Origin: a virus
Direction: 5' to 3' (one strand)
Virus record (IMG/VR): IMGVR_UViG_3300025816_000004
DNA: 51,059 bases
The position numbers were made by a program, and so were the translations under genes. Of the stretch, positions 40,940 through 49,585 are shown one piece after another. Positions within the stretch are counted from its first letter, which is position 1. Each line of letters starts with the position of its first letter. A model generated the notes under the pieces. That model made no database searches. It had not been told where the DNA came from and worked only from the letters and a program-made list of their open reading frames with translations.

Positions 40940-41377
40940 ATGGCCGTATTAAATAATATAGAAAAAAGAGAACAAAAAAGAGAACTGACAGAGAAACAAC
41001 AGTCTTTTTTACAACATCTTATAGAAACTAAGGGGGATGCGAAAGAAGCTGCGAAGTTAGCAGGCTATTCTTCCCCTCATCATCACGTTGTAAAGAGTTT
41101 AAAGTCTGAAATACTGGAGATTACCAAAGAAGTACTAGCAACTTCCGCTCCTAAAGCAGCTTTTAAGCTTATAGAGATTATGGAATCTAACAGACCTGTA
41201 GTTCAAGCGAACAATAAGCTTGCAGCTGCTACTACTTTACTTGATAGAGTAGGTGTAGCTAAAGTAGATAAGGTGGATGTCAACCATAATGTAGGGGGCG
41301 GTATCTTTTTAATGCCAGATAAAGCACCTATTCAAATAGATCAAGAGCATTATACTGTAATTGAACATGAGGAATAG
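40940..41377 (+). CDS. terS: Terminase small subunit (145 aa)
   Basis: LTEKQQSFLQHLIETKGDAKEAAKLAGYS HTH-like N-terminus and ..NNKLAAATTLLDRVGV fit the Terminase_2-type pattern; first gene of the rightward arm. Confidence 0.6.
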   Translation: MAVLNNIEKREQKRELTEKQQSFLQHLIETKGDAKEAAKLAGYSSPHHHVVKSLKSEILEITKEVLATSAPKAAFKLIEIMESNRPVVQANNKLAAATTLLDRVGVAKVDKVDVNHNVGGGIFLMPDKAPIQIDQEHYTVIEHEE

Positions 41378-41381
41378 TAAT

Positions 41382-41489
41382 ATGGACTTATTAATTGGAT
41401 TAGGTTTTGTAGCTATCATGGCTGCAATCGTTATTAAAAGAAAGAAACCTGAACTCTGGTCTAAAATTATGTCAAAGATTGGTCTGTGA
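41382..41489 (+). CDS. Small single-TM protein (35 aa, MDLLIGLGFVAIMAAIVIKRKK..)
   Basis: Hand-translated ORF below the track cutoff; stop overlaps the next GTG (GTGA). Confidence 0.4.
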   Translation: MDLLIGLGFVAIMAAIVIKRKKPELWSKIMSKIGL

Positions 41490-41626
41490 AAAAAAGTAGT
41501 ACAGATAATCAGTTTAAGAAGCAAGGTAAACGTAAAGCAAGATACAATCTTAAACAACGTAAAGAGCAGTTAAAATATAAAGAAGCGTTTTCGCAAATGA
41601 GGAACTATGGCCGTCAACAAAGGTAA
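41486..41626 (+). CDS. Candidate small basic protein (46 aa, GTG start)
   Basis: VKKSSTDNQFKKQGKRKARYNLKQRKEQLKYKEAFSQMRNYGRQQR; 20-nt overlap with the next gene. Confidence 0.3.
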   Translation: MKKSSTDNQFKKQGKRKARYNLKQRKEQLKYKEAFSQMRNYGRQQR

Positions 41627-41804
41627 GACAAAGAAAAAGTCAACTGTTAATAAAGCAGGTAACTATACTAAGCCTACAATGCGTAAGAATCTTTTTAATA
41701 GAATTAAAGCAGGTAGTAAAGGTGGAAGAGCAGGTCAATGGAGTGCCAGGAAAGCACAGATGTTAGCTAAACAATATAAAGCAAAAGGTGGAGGATACAA
41801 ATGA
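41607..41804 (+). CDS. Small basic protein (65 aa) with a GQWSARKAQ motif
   Basis: GAGGA SD; Lys/Arg-rich; motif KGGRAGQWSARKAQMLAKQYKAKGGGY recurs in uncharacterised viral proteins (recollection). Confidence 0.7.
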   Translation: MAVNKGKTKKKSTVNKAGNYTKPTMRKNLFNRIKAGSKGGRAGQWSARKAQMLAKQYKAKGGGYK

Positions 41805-41953
41805 AAGACAGAAAAAAAATGATGGGTGGCGGAATGTATGATTCTAAACGCAAGAAGATGATGGGCGGTGGAATGTACGGTTCTAAGCGCAAGAAGATGA
41901 TGATGGGTGGAATTGCTAAGTTTAACTCTGTTCAAGATATGGAGAAGATGTAG
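41801..41953 (+). CDS. Small basic repeat protein (50 aa; KRKKMMGGGMY x2.5)
   Basis: ATGA overlap with the upstream stop; hand translation MKDRKKMMGGGMYDSKRKKMMGGGMYGSKRKKMMMGGIAKFNSVQDMEKM. Confidence 0.5.
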   Translation: MKDRKKMMGGGMYDSKRKKMMGGGMYGSKRKKMMMGGIAKFNSVQDMEKM

Positions 41954-42126
41954 TGGCTAAAGGAGTTAAACATTACTTTAGAGATGGCACTGAGTTTAAA
42001 GGTGCAAGTCACAAAATGCCTAATGGTGATCTTCATTCTAATAAGACTCATACTAAAACAAGTAAAAAACTTTTTCACTTTAGCAAGCTAAGTGCAACTG
42101 CAAAGAAAAAAGCAAAAAATAAGTAA
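41953..42126 (+). CDS. Small basic protein (57 aa, GTG start) with an H-K-M-P-N-G-x-x-H motif
   Basis: TAGTG and TAATG junctions with neighbours; VAKGVKHYFRDGTEFKGASHKMPNGDLHSNKTHTKTSKKLFHF.. Confidence 0.45.
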   Translation: MAKGVKHYFRDGTEFKGASHKMPNGDLHSNKTHTKTSKKLFHFSKLSATAKKKAKNK

Positions 42127-42374
42127 TGGCACTTAAGAAGTCTCAGAAGTCTCTGAAGAAGTGGACAAAACAAAAGTGGCGTACCGCTAGTGGTAAGAAG
42201 TCTTCTGAAACTGGTGAAGTGTATGCTCCATCTGCAAAAATTAAAAAGCTTAAGTCTAGTCCTGCAGGTAGAAAAAAACTTGCAGCAGCTAACAAAAAGA
42301 AACGCGCAGCAACAGCTGCAGGAAAACAACACGCTAAACATGGTCTTCATAAAAAGAAAAGGAAGAAGAAGTAA
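42126..42374 (+). CDS. Small extremely basic protein (82 aa)
   Basis: Lys/Arg-rich throughout (..KKKRAATAAGKQHAKHGLHKKKRKKK); TAATG coupling on both sides. Confidence 0.7.
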   Translation: MALKKSQKSLKKWTKQKWRTASGKKSSETGEVYAPSAKIKKLKSSPAGRKKLAAANKKKRAATAAGKQHAKHGLHKKKRKKK

Positions 42375-42661
42375 TGGCTAAGAAAAAAGATCCAAGACTT
42401 GCAAGAGCAGGTGTGTCTGGATATAACAAGCCTAAACGAACTCCTAGTCATAAAACAAAGTCTCATGTAGTTGTTGCAAAAGTAGGCGATAAAGTAAAGA
42501 CCATAAGATTTGGTCAGCAAGGAGTTAGAGGAGCAGGAAAGAATCCTAAGTCTGCAAAAGATAAAGCTAGAAAGAAATCTTACTATGCTAGACATAACGC
42601 ACAGGATTCAAGTCCTAGCAAACTAAGTGCAAGATATTGGTCGCATAAGGTTAAGTGGTGA
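42374..42661 (+). CDS. Small basic protein (95 aa) with ..GYNKPKRTP.HK.KSHVVVAK..IRFGQQG.. and C-terminal SARYWSHKVKW
   Basis: ORF; resembles a conserved uncharacterised family seen in marine phages and giant viruses (recollection, unverified). Confidence 0.7.
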   Translation: MAKKKDPRLARAGVSGYNKPKRTPSHKTKSHVVVAKVGDKVKTIRFGQQGVRGAGKNPKSAKDKARKKSYYARHNAQDSSPSKLSARYWSHKVKW

Positions 42662-42702
42662 CATCATTAGGCGGTTTATTTGTACAGCTAAAAGAATATG
42701 AT

Positions 42703-42969
42703 ATGTTAATGATTCCTGATTCTTATGTAAGAAGATCTTCTTCTACAATACCTTTTGGCTATAGGATTTCAAATGTTGAAGGCTATTTAGAACCAATAAC
42801 AGAAGAGTTAAAAATATTAAAAGAAGTTTCAGAGTCTGTGTATTCTGGAGAAATTAGTTTAGGCATAGGAGTAGATTGGTTAGAGGCTGAAACAGGCAGA
42901 TCTATTTCTAGAGTAGGCTTAAAAAAACATGTGGATAAAGTATATGGAAGATTGGGAAAGAAATCCTGA
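42703..42969 (+). CDS. Small HTH protein resembling the recombinase/resolvase DNA-binding module (88 aa; start uncertain, GTG 42655 possible)
   Basis: IPFGYRISN..GYLEPITEELKILKEV....ISL..GVDWLEAETGRSISRVGLKKHV; no catalytic Ser/Tyr recombinase domain. Confidence 0.45.
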   Translation: MLMIPDSYVRRSSSTIPFGYRISNVEGYLEPITEELKILKEVSESVYSGEISLGIGVDWLEAETGRSISRVGLKKHVDKVYGRLGKKS

Positions 42970-44590
42970 AAAATACTTGACAGATGCTCAAGGGGCCTAT
43001 ATACTAAAGAAAGACGGAACTCCGCAGAAACGAAGGGGTAGACCGAAGAATACAGAGTTATCTGATGTTAAAGCAGCACTACATGCACAAAAAGCTTTAA
43101 AAAAGAAAAACTCTAAAGTAAAAAAGTTGCGCAGAAATTTACGCAAAGAAGAAGAAAAGCTAGCAAAGACTAGCAAAGTGTTAACATCTAATGTTATTAC
43201 TGAAGAAGAAAGCAAAGAATTACCAGATGCTATACAGCAACATTTAGATGAAACAGGTTCTTACGTTGAGTTTATGCCCAACGAAGGGCCACAGAAAAAT
43301 TTTTTAGCCGCACCAGAAAAGGATGTCTTATATGGTGGGGCTGCAGGTGGTGGTAAGAGTTATGCAATGTTAATAGATCCATTGCGCGCTTGCCACAATC
43401 CTGTACACAGAGCATTGATACTTAGAAGGTCAATGCCTGAATTAAGAGAATTGATAGATAAGTCAAGAGAACTTTATCCTAAAGCTTTTAAAGGTGCGAG
43501 GTTTAAAGAAGTAGAAAAACTTTGGAACTTTCCTAGCGGAGCAAAGATAGAGTTTGGATTTTTAGAAAGAGATTCAGATGTCTACCGTTATCAAGGTCAA
43601 GCATACAGTTGGATAGGATTTGATGAAATAACTCACCTTCCAACAGAGTTTGGTTGGAACTATTTAGCATCACGTTTAAGAACTACTGATCCTAAACTTC
43701 AAACTTATTTAAGATGCACAGCAAACCCAGGTGGAGTTGGTGCGCATTGGGTAAAGAAAAGATATGTACTGCCATCAGAATCTAACGAAGCATTTGTAGG
43801 ACATGATGGACTTACAAGAAAGTTTATTCCTGCTAGATTACAGGACAATCCTTATCTAGCAGAAGATGGTGAATATGAAAGGATGCTTAACTCGCTTCCT
43901 GCTGTACAACGTAAACAATTACTAGATGGTAATTGGGATATAGCAGAAGGAGCAGCATTTGCAGAGTTTGAAACAGAAACACATGTTATAGCTCCTTTTG
44001 ATATACCGTCTTGGTGGGAAAGAATAAAAGGTGTAGATTATGGCTATGCCGCGGAAAGTTGTTGTTTGTGGGCTGCCGTTGATCCTGAAGATCAGACCAT
44101 CATAATATATAGAGAACTCTACCAAAAAGGTCTGACAGGAAACGCGCTAGCTGACAAAATAACATTGATGGAAGAGAATGAAGTTAAGTCTATTCCTGGT
44201 GTATTAGATACAGCAGCGTGGGCAAGAACAGGATACTCAGGGCCTACTATTGGAGAAACACTTGTCAATAGAGGTCATAAATTAAGAAGGGCTGATAAAA
44301 ACAGAGTAGCAGGTAAAGTTCTAATACATGAACATTTACGGAAAAGACTTCAAAGTGGAAGGCCTAAGTTACAGATAGTGAACACTTGCGTTAACTTGAT
44401 AAGAGAAGTGCAAGGTATTCCTTTATCTAAAAAGAATTCAGAAGATGTGGATACAAATGCTTCAGACCACGCTTATGATGCTTTGCGTTATTTGTTAATG
44501 TCTAGACCAAGAGTAGATCATCCTTATGATAGAAGATTAAGAATAAGATCTGATACCTATATACCATCAGACTCAACCTTTGGATATTAA
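42929..44590 (+). CDS. terL: Terminase large subunit (553 aa; ATG 42944 is an alternative start)
   Basis: Walker A YGGAAGGGKSYA; Walker B-like WIGFDEITH; C-terminal nuclease region with ..DHAYDALRY. Confidence 0.9.
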   Translation: MWIKYMEDWERNPEKYLTDAQGAYILKKDGTPQKRRGRPKNTELSDVKAALHAQKALKKKNSKVKKLRRNLRKEEEKLAKTSKVLTSNVITEEESKELPDAIQQHLDETGSYVEFMPNEGPQKNFLAAPEKDVLYGGAAGGGKSYAMLIDPLRACHNPVHRALILRRSMPELRELIDKSRELYPKAFKGARFKEVEKLWNFPSGAKIEFGFLERDSDVYRYQGQAYSWIGFDEITHLPTEFGWNYLASRLRTTDPKLQTYLRCTANPGGVGAHWVKKRYVLPSESNEAFVGHDGLTRKFIPARLQDNPYLAEDGEYERMLNSLPAVQRKQLLDGNWDIAEGAAFAEFETETHVIAPFDIPSWWERIKGVDYGYAAESCCLWAAVDPEDQTIIIYRELYQKGLTGNALADKITLMEENEVKSIPGVLDTAAWARTGYSGPTIGETLVNRGHKLRRADKNRVAGKVLIHEHLRKRLQSGRPKLQIVNTCVNLIREVQGIPLSKKNSEDVDTNASDHAYDALRYLLMSRPRVDHPYDRRLRIRSDTYIPSDSTFGY

Positions 44591-44593
44591 TAC

Positions 44594-46804
44594 ATGGCAG
44601 AAAAAGAAAACAGTTTTTTAACAGCTAATGACATCTATGAAGAAGTTGAGGGCGAAACAGGTAGTGTTTTAAAACTAGAAGAACAACAGAAATCTAATTT
44701 AGTTGGGATCATTGAAGGTCGCTTTTATCAAGCAGAAGATAAAAGATCTATGGATGAAAACAGATGGTTAAAAGCTTATGAAAACTATAGAGGTATGTAT
44801 AGTAAAGGTGTTAAGTTTAGAGAGTCTGAAAAATCTCGCATCTTTGTAAAAGTTACTAAAACAAAAGTACTAGCAGCCTTTGGGCAGTTAGTGGATGTTA
44901 TGTTTGGTACTGGTAAGTTTCCTATAGGAGTTACAGAAACTAAAATACCTGAAGGTGAATACGGTACAGCCCATTTAGATATTAACAACCCTACTCCTGA
45001 TATTGAATCTTCTATGCCTGATAACATAGGCAATAGACTAGAAGATCCTCCTCAAGATGAAAAAGATAATCCTTATGAAGTAGGCTATGAAGGTGATGGT
45101 AGAACTTTAAAGCCTGGAGCTACTTTTGGTAGAGGACTATTTTCAGATACCATAGAAGACTTAGCAGATGATATGCTAGTTGAAGGTAACAGCGCAAATC
45201 CTGCAGACTTTGATATTAATCCTGCACAGAAAGCTGCAAGAAGAATGGAAAAGCTTATTCATGATCAGATAGAAGAATCTAATGGATCTTCTGAAATTAG
45301 AAATGCTTTACTAGAAGCAGCTATGTTAGGTACAGGACTTGTTAAAGGGCCTTTCAACTTTAATAAGAAACTACATAAATGGGATACAGATGAAGAAGGT
45401 GAAAGATCTTATAGTCCTTTAGAAGTTAGAGTTCCTAGAATAGAATTTGTAAGTTGTTGGGATTTCTATCCTGATCCTGCAGCAACTAATATGGATGAGT
45501 GTGAGTATGCAATACACCGCCATAAAATGAATCGTAGTCAGTTTAGACAACTGCGTAACATGCCTTACTTTGATGAAGATGCTATTAGAGAGTGTCTACA
45601 AATGGGGCCTAACTACGAAGAAAAAGATTTTGAAAGTCAGTTAAAAGATGATGCCAGAGGTAGCGAAGACTATCAAGGGAACTATGAAGTTCTAGAATAT
45701 TGGGGTATCATGGATGCGGAGTATGCTAGAGAAGTAGGAATAGAACTACCTGACACAGTAGATGATTTAGATGAAGTACAGATCAATGCTTGGGTAACTG
45801 GTGGAAAACTTCTTAGAGCAGTTGTAAATCCTTTTACTCCTGCGCGTATTCCTTATCATGCTTTTCCTTATGAAAGAAACCCATACAATTTCTTTGGTAT
45901 AGGAGTTGCAGAGAACATGGATGATTCTCAACAAGTTATGAATGGTCACGCTAGAATGGCTGTAGATAACTTAGCTCTATCAGGCTCTGTAGTCTTTGAT
46001 ATTGATGAGTCTGCCCTTGTAGGTGGACAATCTATGGAAATATATCCAGGAAAAATATTCCGTAGACAAGCAGGGATGCCTGGACAAGCAGTACATGGTA
46101 TGAAGTTTCCTAACACATCTAATGAAAACATGATGATGTTTGACAAGTTTAGACAGCTTGCAGATGAGCAAACAGGAATACCTAGTTACTCACATGGACA
46201 AACAGGTGTTCAGAGTATGACAAGAACAGCTTCTGGAATGTCAATGCTATTAGGTGCAGCAAGTTTAAATATTAAAACTGTTGTAAAAAACCTAGATGAT
46301 TTTTTATTGAAGCCTTTGGGGGAAGCTTACTTTCAATGGAACATGCAGTTCTTTGAAGGTCAAATGGATGTTAAAGGCGATTTAGAAATTAGAGCCTCTG
46401 GAACAAATAGCTTGATGCAAAAAGAAGTAAGAAGTCAGAGATTGACTATGTTCTTACAAACTGCACAAAGTCCTGCTATTGCTCCTTTTGTTAAAATTTC
46501 TAAGTTAATAAGTGAACTAGCCTATAGCTTAGATTTAGATCCTGATGAAATACTCAATGATCCTGAAGAAGCAGCTATCATGGCTCAAATAATAGGTATG
46601 CAAAATAATGGACAAGAAGCAAGCGCAGAGGCTCAACCCAATAGTCAACAGCAAACAATGGCAGGTAGTGGAGGAGTACCTCAACAACCTCAAGACATTG
46701 GAGTTACAGGTACTGGCGGTGGGAACATTGGAATTGGAAATGTTCCGCAGTCAGGGGAGGATCAATTTACTGGAACGGTTACTCCAACTGCCCCAATCAG
46801 TTAA
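44594..46804 (+). CDS. Portal protein (736 aa)
   Basis: Large ORF immediately downstream of terL and upstream of scaffold/capsid; acidic/Gly-rich C-terminal tail. Confidence 0.75.
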   Translation: MAEKENSFLTANDIYEEVEGETGSVLKLEEQQKSNLVGIIEGRFYQAEDKRSMDENRWLKAYENYRGMYSKGVKFRESEKSRIFVKVTKTKVLAAFGQLVDVMFGTGKFPIGVTETKIPEGEYGTAHLDINNPTPDIESSMPDNIGNRLEDPPQDEKDNPYEVGYEGDGRTLKPGATFGRGLFSDTIEDLADDMLVEGNSANPADFDINPAQKAARRMEKLIHDQIEESNGSSEIRNALLEAAMLGTGLVKGPFNFNKKLHKWDTDEEGERSYSPLEVRVPRIEFVSCWDFYPDPAATNMDECEYAIHRHKMNRSQFRQLRNMPYFDEDAIRECLQMGPNYEEKDFESQLKDDARGSEDYQGNYEVLEYWGIMDAEYAREVGIELPDTVDDLDEVQINAWVTGGKLLRAVVNPFTPARIPYHAFPYERNPYNFFGIGVAENMDDSQQVMNGHARMAVDNLALSGSVVFDIDESALVGGQSMEIYPGKIFRRQAGMPGQAVHGMKFPNTSNENMMMFDKFRQLADEQTGIPSYSHGQTGVQSMTRTASGMSMLLGAASLNIKTVVKNLDDFLLKPLGEAYFQWNMQFFEGQMDVKGDLEIRASGTNSLMQKEVRSQRLTMFLQTAQSPAIAPFVKISKLISELAYSLDLDPDEILNDPEEAAIMAQIIGMQNNGQEASAEAQPNSQQQTMAGSGGVPQQPQDIGVTGTGGGNIGIGNVPQSGEDQFTGTVTPTAPIS

Positions 46805-46828
46805 TCAAAATATGAAAGAGAATAACTA

Positions 46829-47488
46829 ATGCAGAAAAAAAAGAAACAGAATGGCTCAATGAAAGAACAAATGGAAGGCATAGCAATATCTATAGCTCCT
46901 ATTAAATTAGAGAAAGAAATTTCTACTAAAGAAAAAGATGAGCGTAAGCAGATGAAAGAAGGAGGCAAAGGTATTGAAGCATTGAGAAAAGAAGCTCCAG
47001 AAGTTGTAGCTAGAATGGGATATCAAGAAGGTGGAATGATGCCTGATGAACAAATGGAAGATAACTACTTAGACTTTATAATAGAGCAATCTTTAAATCC
47101 TGAACAAGAAAAAACATTAATGACTAAATTAGAAGCTGATCCAGAACTCAGCATGTTATTTGATAGAGTTCTAGATACAGCAACAGAATTCGCAGGATCA
47201 GGGCCAGTTAACGGCCCAGGATCAGGTGTTTCCGACAGTATACCTGCAAGGTTATCTGACGGTGAGTTTGTCTTTACAGCAAAAGCAACAGAACAAATAG
47301 GCGCGGACAGATTACAAAGTATGATGGAAGATGCTGAAAAAGAAGCTGATGCTATGAGACAAGATATGCAAGAAGGTGGTGAAGTAGAAGAACAACAAGT
47401 AGACCAATTTGGTAAACCTGTTGATCAAGACATAGCTAAAGATGAAATTCGGAAAGGTATGTTATCTGTTAATCCACGCATGCAGTAA
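46829..47488 (+). CDS. Acidic head-module protein (219 aa)
   Basis: ORF between portal and scaffold; motif SDSIPARLSDGEFVFTAKATEQIG. Confidence 0.7.
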   Translation: MQKKKKQNGSMKEQMEGIAISIAPIKLEKEISTKEKDERKQMKEGGKGIEALRKEAPEVVARMGYQEGGMMPDEQMEDNYLDFIIEQSLNPEQEKTLMTKLEADPELSMLFDRVLDTATEFAGSGPVNGPGSGVSDSIPARLSDGEFVFTAKATEQIGADRLQSMMEDAEKEADAMRQDMQEGGEVEEQQVDQFGKPVDQDIAKDEIRKGMLSVNPRMQ

Positions 47489-47619
47489 AAACGATAGAGC
47501 TACCTTAGTTACTAAGCCCTCTGTCACAACATAAACCGAAAGGCTACCTTTACAAAAACAAACCCTGTTATGCGCATTACAGCTACTTTGTTTAGAAAGC
47601 CCTGAGTAGGAGAGAAGAA

Positions 47620-48465
47620 ATGGCAACACAACAAAAAGAAGAACAAGCTAATCCTTATAACGCTAATAAAGAATGGCATAAAGGAGACTCCCAAGATTTT
47701 GTATCTGCGGATAGTGCCTTTTTTGAAAAGCCTCAAGTTGAGACTAAAAAGAAAGAAACTAGAAAGAGTAGTAAGAAGTCTTCTGAAGAGAATACTGATA
47801 ACTATAAACAAAGATATGATTCTTTAAAAAAACACTATGACTCTAAACTTAATGAGTTTAAAACTAGAGAGCAAGAACTACTAGAGCAAGCAGCTAAAAA
47901 TGTGCCTGAATATGTAGCTCCAAAGTCTCCAGATGACTTAGCTAAATTTAGAGAAGAGTATCCAGATGTGATGGGTGTAGTTGAAACTGTAGCGCACATG
48001 CAAAGTTCTGAACAGATGAAAGTCTTAGAAGAAAAATTAAAAGCTTTGCAAGAACGCGAAACAGAGTTAGTTACTAAACAAGCACATGAAAGGTTGATGA
48101 ATAATCATCCTGATTTTGAAGATATTAGAGAAAGTGATGATTTCCATCAATGGGCTAAGTCACAACCTCAATCAATTCAAGATTGGATATATAAAAATAA
48201 TAGTGATGGAGATCTTGCAAGTCGCGCTTTAGATTTATATAAGCGAGATGTAGGAATAGAAAGTTCTGCTAGAGTTGAGAAGCCTTCTTCTAAGAAGTCC
48301 AATAAATCTGCCGCTGATATGGTTTCAACTAAAACAACAGCAGTTGAACCAAAGCAAGATAAAATTTGGACAGAAAGGGAAATCGCTGCAATGTCTATTA
48401 TTGAATTTGACAAGTATGAAGAAGAAATCGGAAAAGCAATTCATGAGGGCAGAGTAGTAAAATAA
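47620..48465 (+). CDS. Scaffolding protein (281 aa)
   Basis: Highly charged, helical, located directly upstream of the major capsid gene; AGGAGAG SD. Confidence 0.6.
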   Translation: MATQQKEEQANPYNANKEWHKGDSQDFVSADSAFFEKPQVETKKKETRKSSKKSSEENTDNYKQRYDSLKKHYDSKLNEFKTREQELLEQAAKNVPEYVAPKSPDDLAKFREEYPDVMGVVETVAHMQSSEQMKVLEEKLKALQERETELVTKQAHERLMNNHPDFEDIRESDDFHQWAKSQPQSIQDWIYKNNSDGDLASRALDLYKRDVGIESSARVEKPSSKKSNKSAADMVSTKTTAVEPKQDKIWTEREIAAMSIIEFDKYEEEIGKAIHEGRVVK

Positions 48466-48499
48466 TAACTTTTAATTTGATAAATAACGGAGAAGTAAA

Positions 48500-49489
48500 A
48501 TGGCTTATAACCAATCAGATCAGTTCTTTGAACCAAGTACTGATACTAACGCTAACTTTGCAAACTCCGTAAGTGGTCAGACTAATTCGTTTTTCCTTCC
48601 TTCAGTCTACTCTAAAAAGGTTCTTAACTTCTTTAGAAAGGCTTCGGTTGTAGAAGCGATCACCAACACAGATTATGCAGGTGAGTTGTCCGCTTATGGA
48701 GATTCTGTAAAGATTATAAAAGAACCTGAAATCACTGTATACCAGTATGAACGTGGTGCAGATGTTACAGACACTAAACTAACTGATCAAGAGTTAACGC
48801 TTGTAGTTGATACAGCTAACGCTTTTAAATTCAAAGTTGATGACATTGAAACAGCTATGTCTCATGTGAATTTTAAAGAAGTAGCTAGCTCATCTGCAGC
48901 ATACGCTCTTAGAGATGCTTATGATGAAGGTGTTATTGCTACTATGTTCGCAGGTGTTTCTGCCTCAAGTCCTAACCATATTCTTGGTTCTGACAACGCT
49001 ACTGATTTAGCGGCAGGTACATTTGATGGAACTGGTAATCTTGACATAGGTTTTGCATCAAGTGAACATGATCCTATTGACGTACTATCACACATGGCAC
49101 GTTTAATGGATGAGCAGAACATACCAGAAGAAGGAAGATGGTTCTTAGCATCACCTGACTTCTATGAAGTTCTTGCAAGTTCATCTTCAAAACTTTTGTC
49201 TGTTGATTATAATGCAGGACAAGGTTCTATAAGAAATGGTCTAGTAACTTCTGGTAAGTTGCGTGGATTCAGCATGTACAAGTCTAACAACATTGCAGAT
49301 ACAACTAACGCTGCAGGAAAATGTATCGCAGGCCACATGTCATCTACAGCTACTGCTCAGACGATTACAAGTACTGAAGTATTGCGTGATCCTGATAGCT
49401 TTGGCGATATAGTGCGAGGTCTTCATGTATATGGAGCTAAAGTACTACGCGGTGAAGCATTAGTTTCTGCTTTCTACGGTATTGACTAA
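48500..49489 (+). CDS. Major capsid protein (329 aa)
   Basis: Position after scaffold, size, strong SD (ACGGAGAAG), followed by a strong terminator. Confidence 0.75.
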   Translation: MAYNQSDQFFEPSTDTNANFANSVSGQTNSFFLPSVYSKKVLNFFRKASVVEAITNTDYAGELSAYGDSVKIIKEPEITVYQYERGADVTDTKLTDQELTLVVDTANAFKFKVDDIETAMSHVNFKEVASSSAAYALRDAYDEGVIATMFAGVSASSPNHILGSDNATDLAAGTFDGTGNLDIGFASSEHDPIDVLSHMARLMDEQNIPEEGRWFLASPDFYEVLASSSSKLLSVDYNAGQGSIRNGLVTSGKLRGFSMYKSNNIADTTNAAGKCIAGHMSSTATAQTITSTEVLRDPDSFGDIVRGLHVYGAKVLRGEALVSAFYGID

Positions 49490-49497
49490 ACAGATTT

Positions 49498-49521
49498 GGG
49501 AGGTGTAAAAGCCTCCCTTTT
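49498..49521 (+). terminator. Rho-independent terminator after the capsid gene
   Basis: GGGAGGtgtaaaagCCTCCCTTTT. Confidence 0.75.
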
Positions 49522-49585
49522 CTACTTTTTAGAGTATAAATTTTATTAATATTAACTTATCTTTTAAAGATAAAGGAGACACAAA

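Noticed and set aside
41309-42595. Track ORFs 41309..41557 (-), 41735..41935 (-), 42075..42350 (-), 42190..42381 (+), 42347..42595 (-)
   Set aside because: They are antisense or alternative-frame readings of the Lys-codon-rich (AAR) basic-protein genes, which give Phe/Leu-rich artefacts.
42703-42969. Integrase / lysogeny module
   Set aside because: Only a DNA-binding-module-like fragment is present, with no catalytic serine or tyrosine recombinase domain, repressor pair or att-like repeats recognised. The genome looks lytic.
42997-46171. Antisense ORFs within terL and portal (42997..43215, 43922..44125, 44785..45033, 45767..45949, 45946..46146, 45980..46171), and 46608..46829 (+)
   Set aside because: They are nested in strongly supported genes.
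47524-47811. 95-aa minus-strand ORF covering the portal-scaffold gap and the scaffold 5' end; also 48177..48413 (-), 48275..48457 (+), 48919..49122 (-)
   Set aside because: The strand is opposite to the whole late operon, with Phe/Leu-rich artefact composition. The 131-nt gap 47489..47619 is more likely regulatory, but I found only weak direct repeats (GCTACCTT x2, AAGCCCT x2) and no convincing promoter.
49557-49573. Perfect AT-rich palindrome TTATCTTT-T-AAAGATAA just upstream of the SD of gene 49586
   Set aside because: It is too AT-rich and short to distinguish from chance in this genome, and no matching copies were seen elsewhere.
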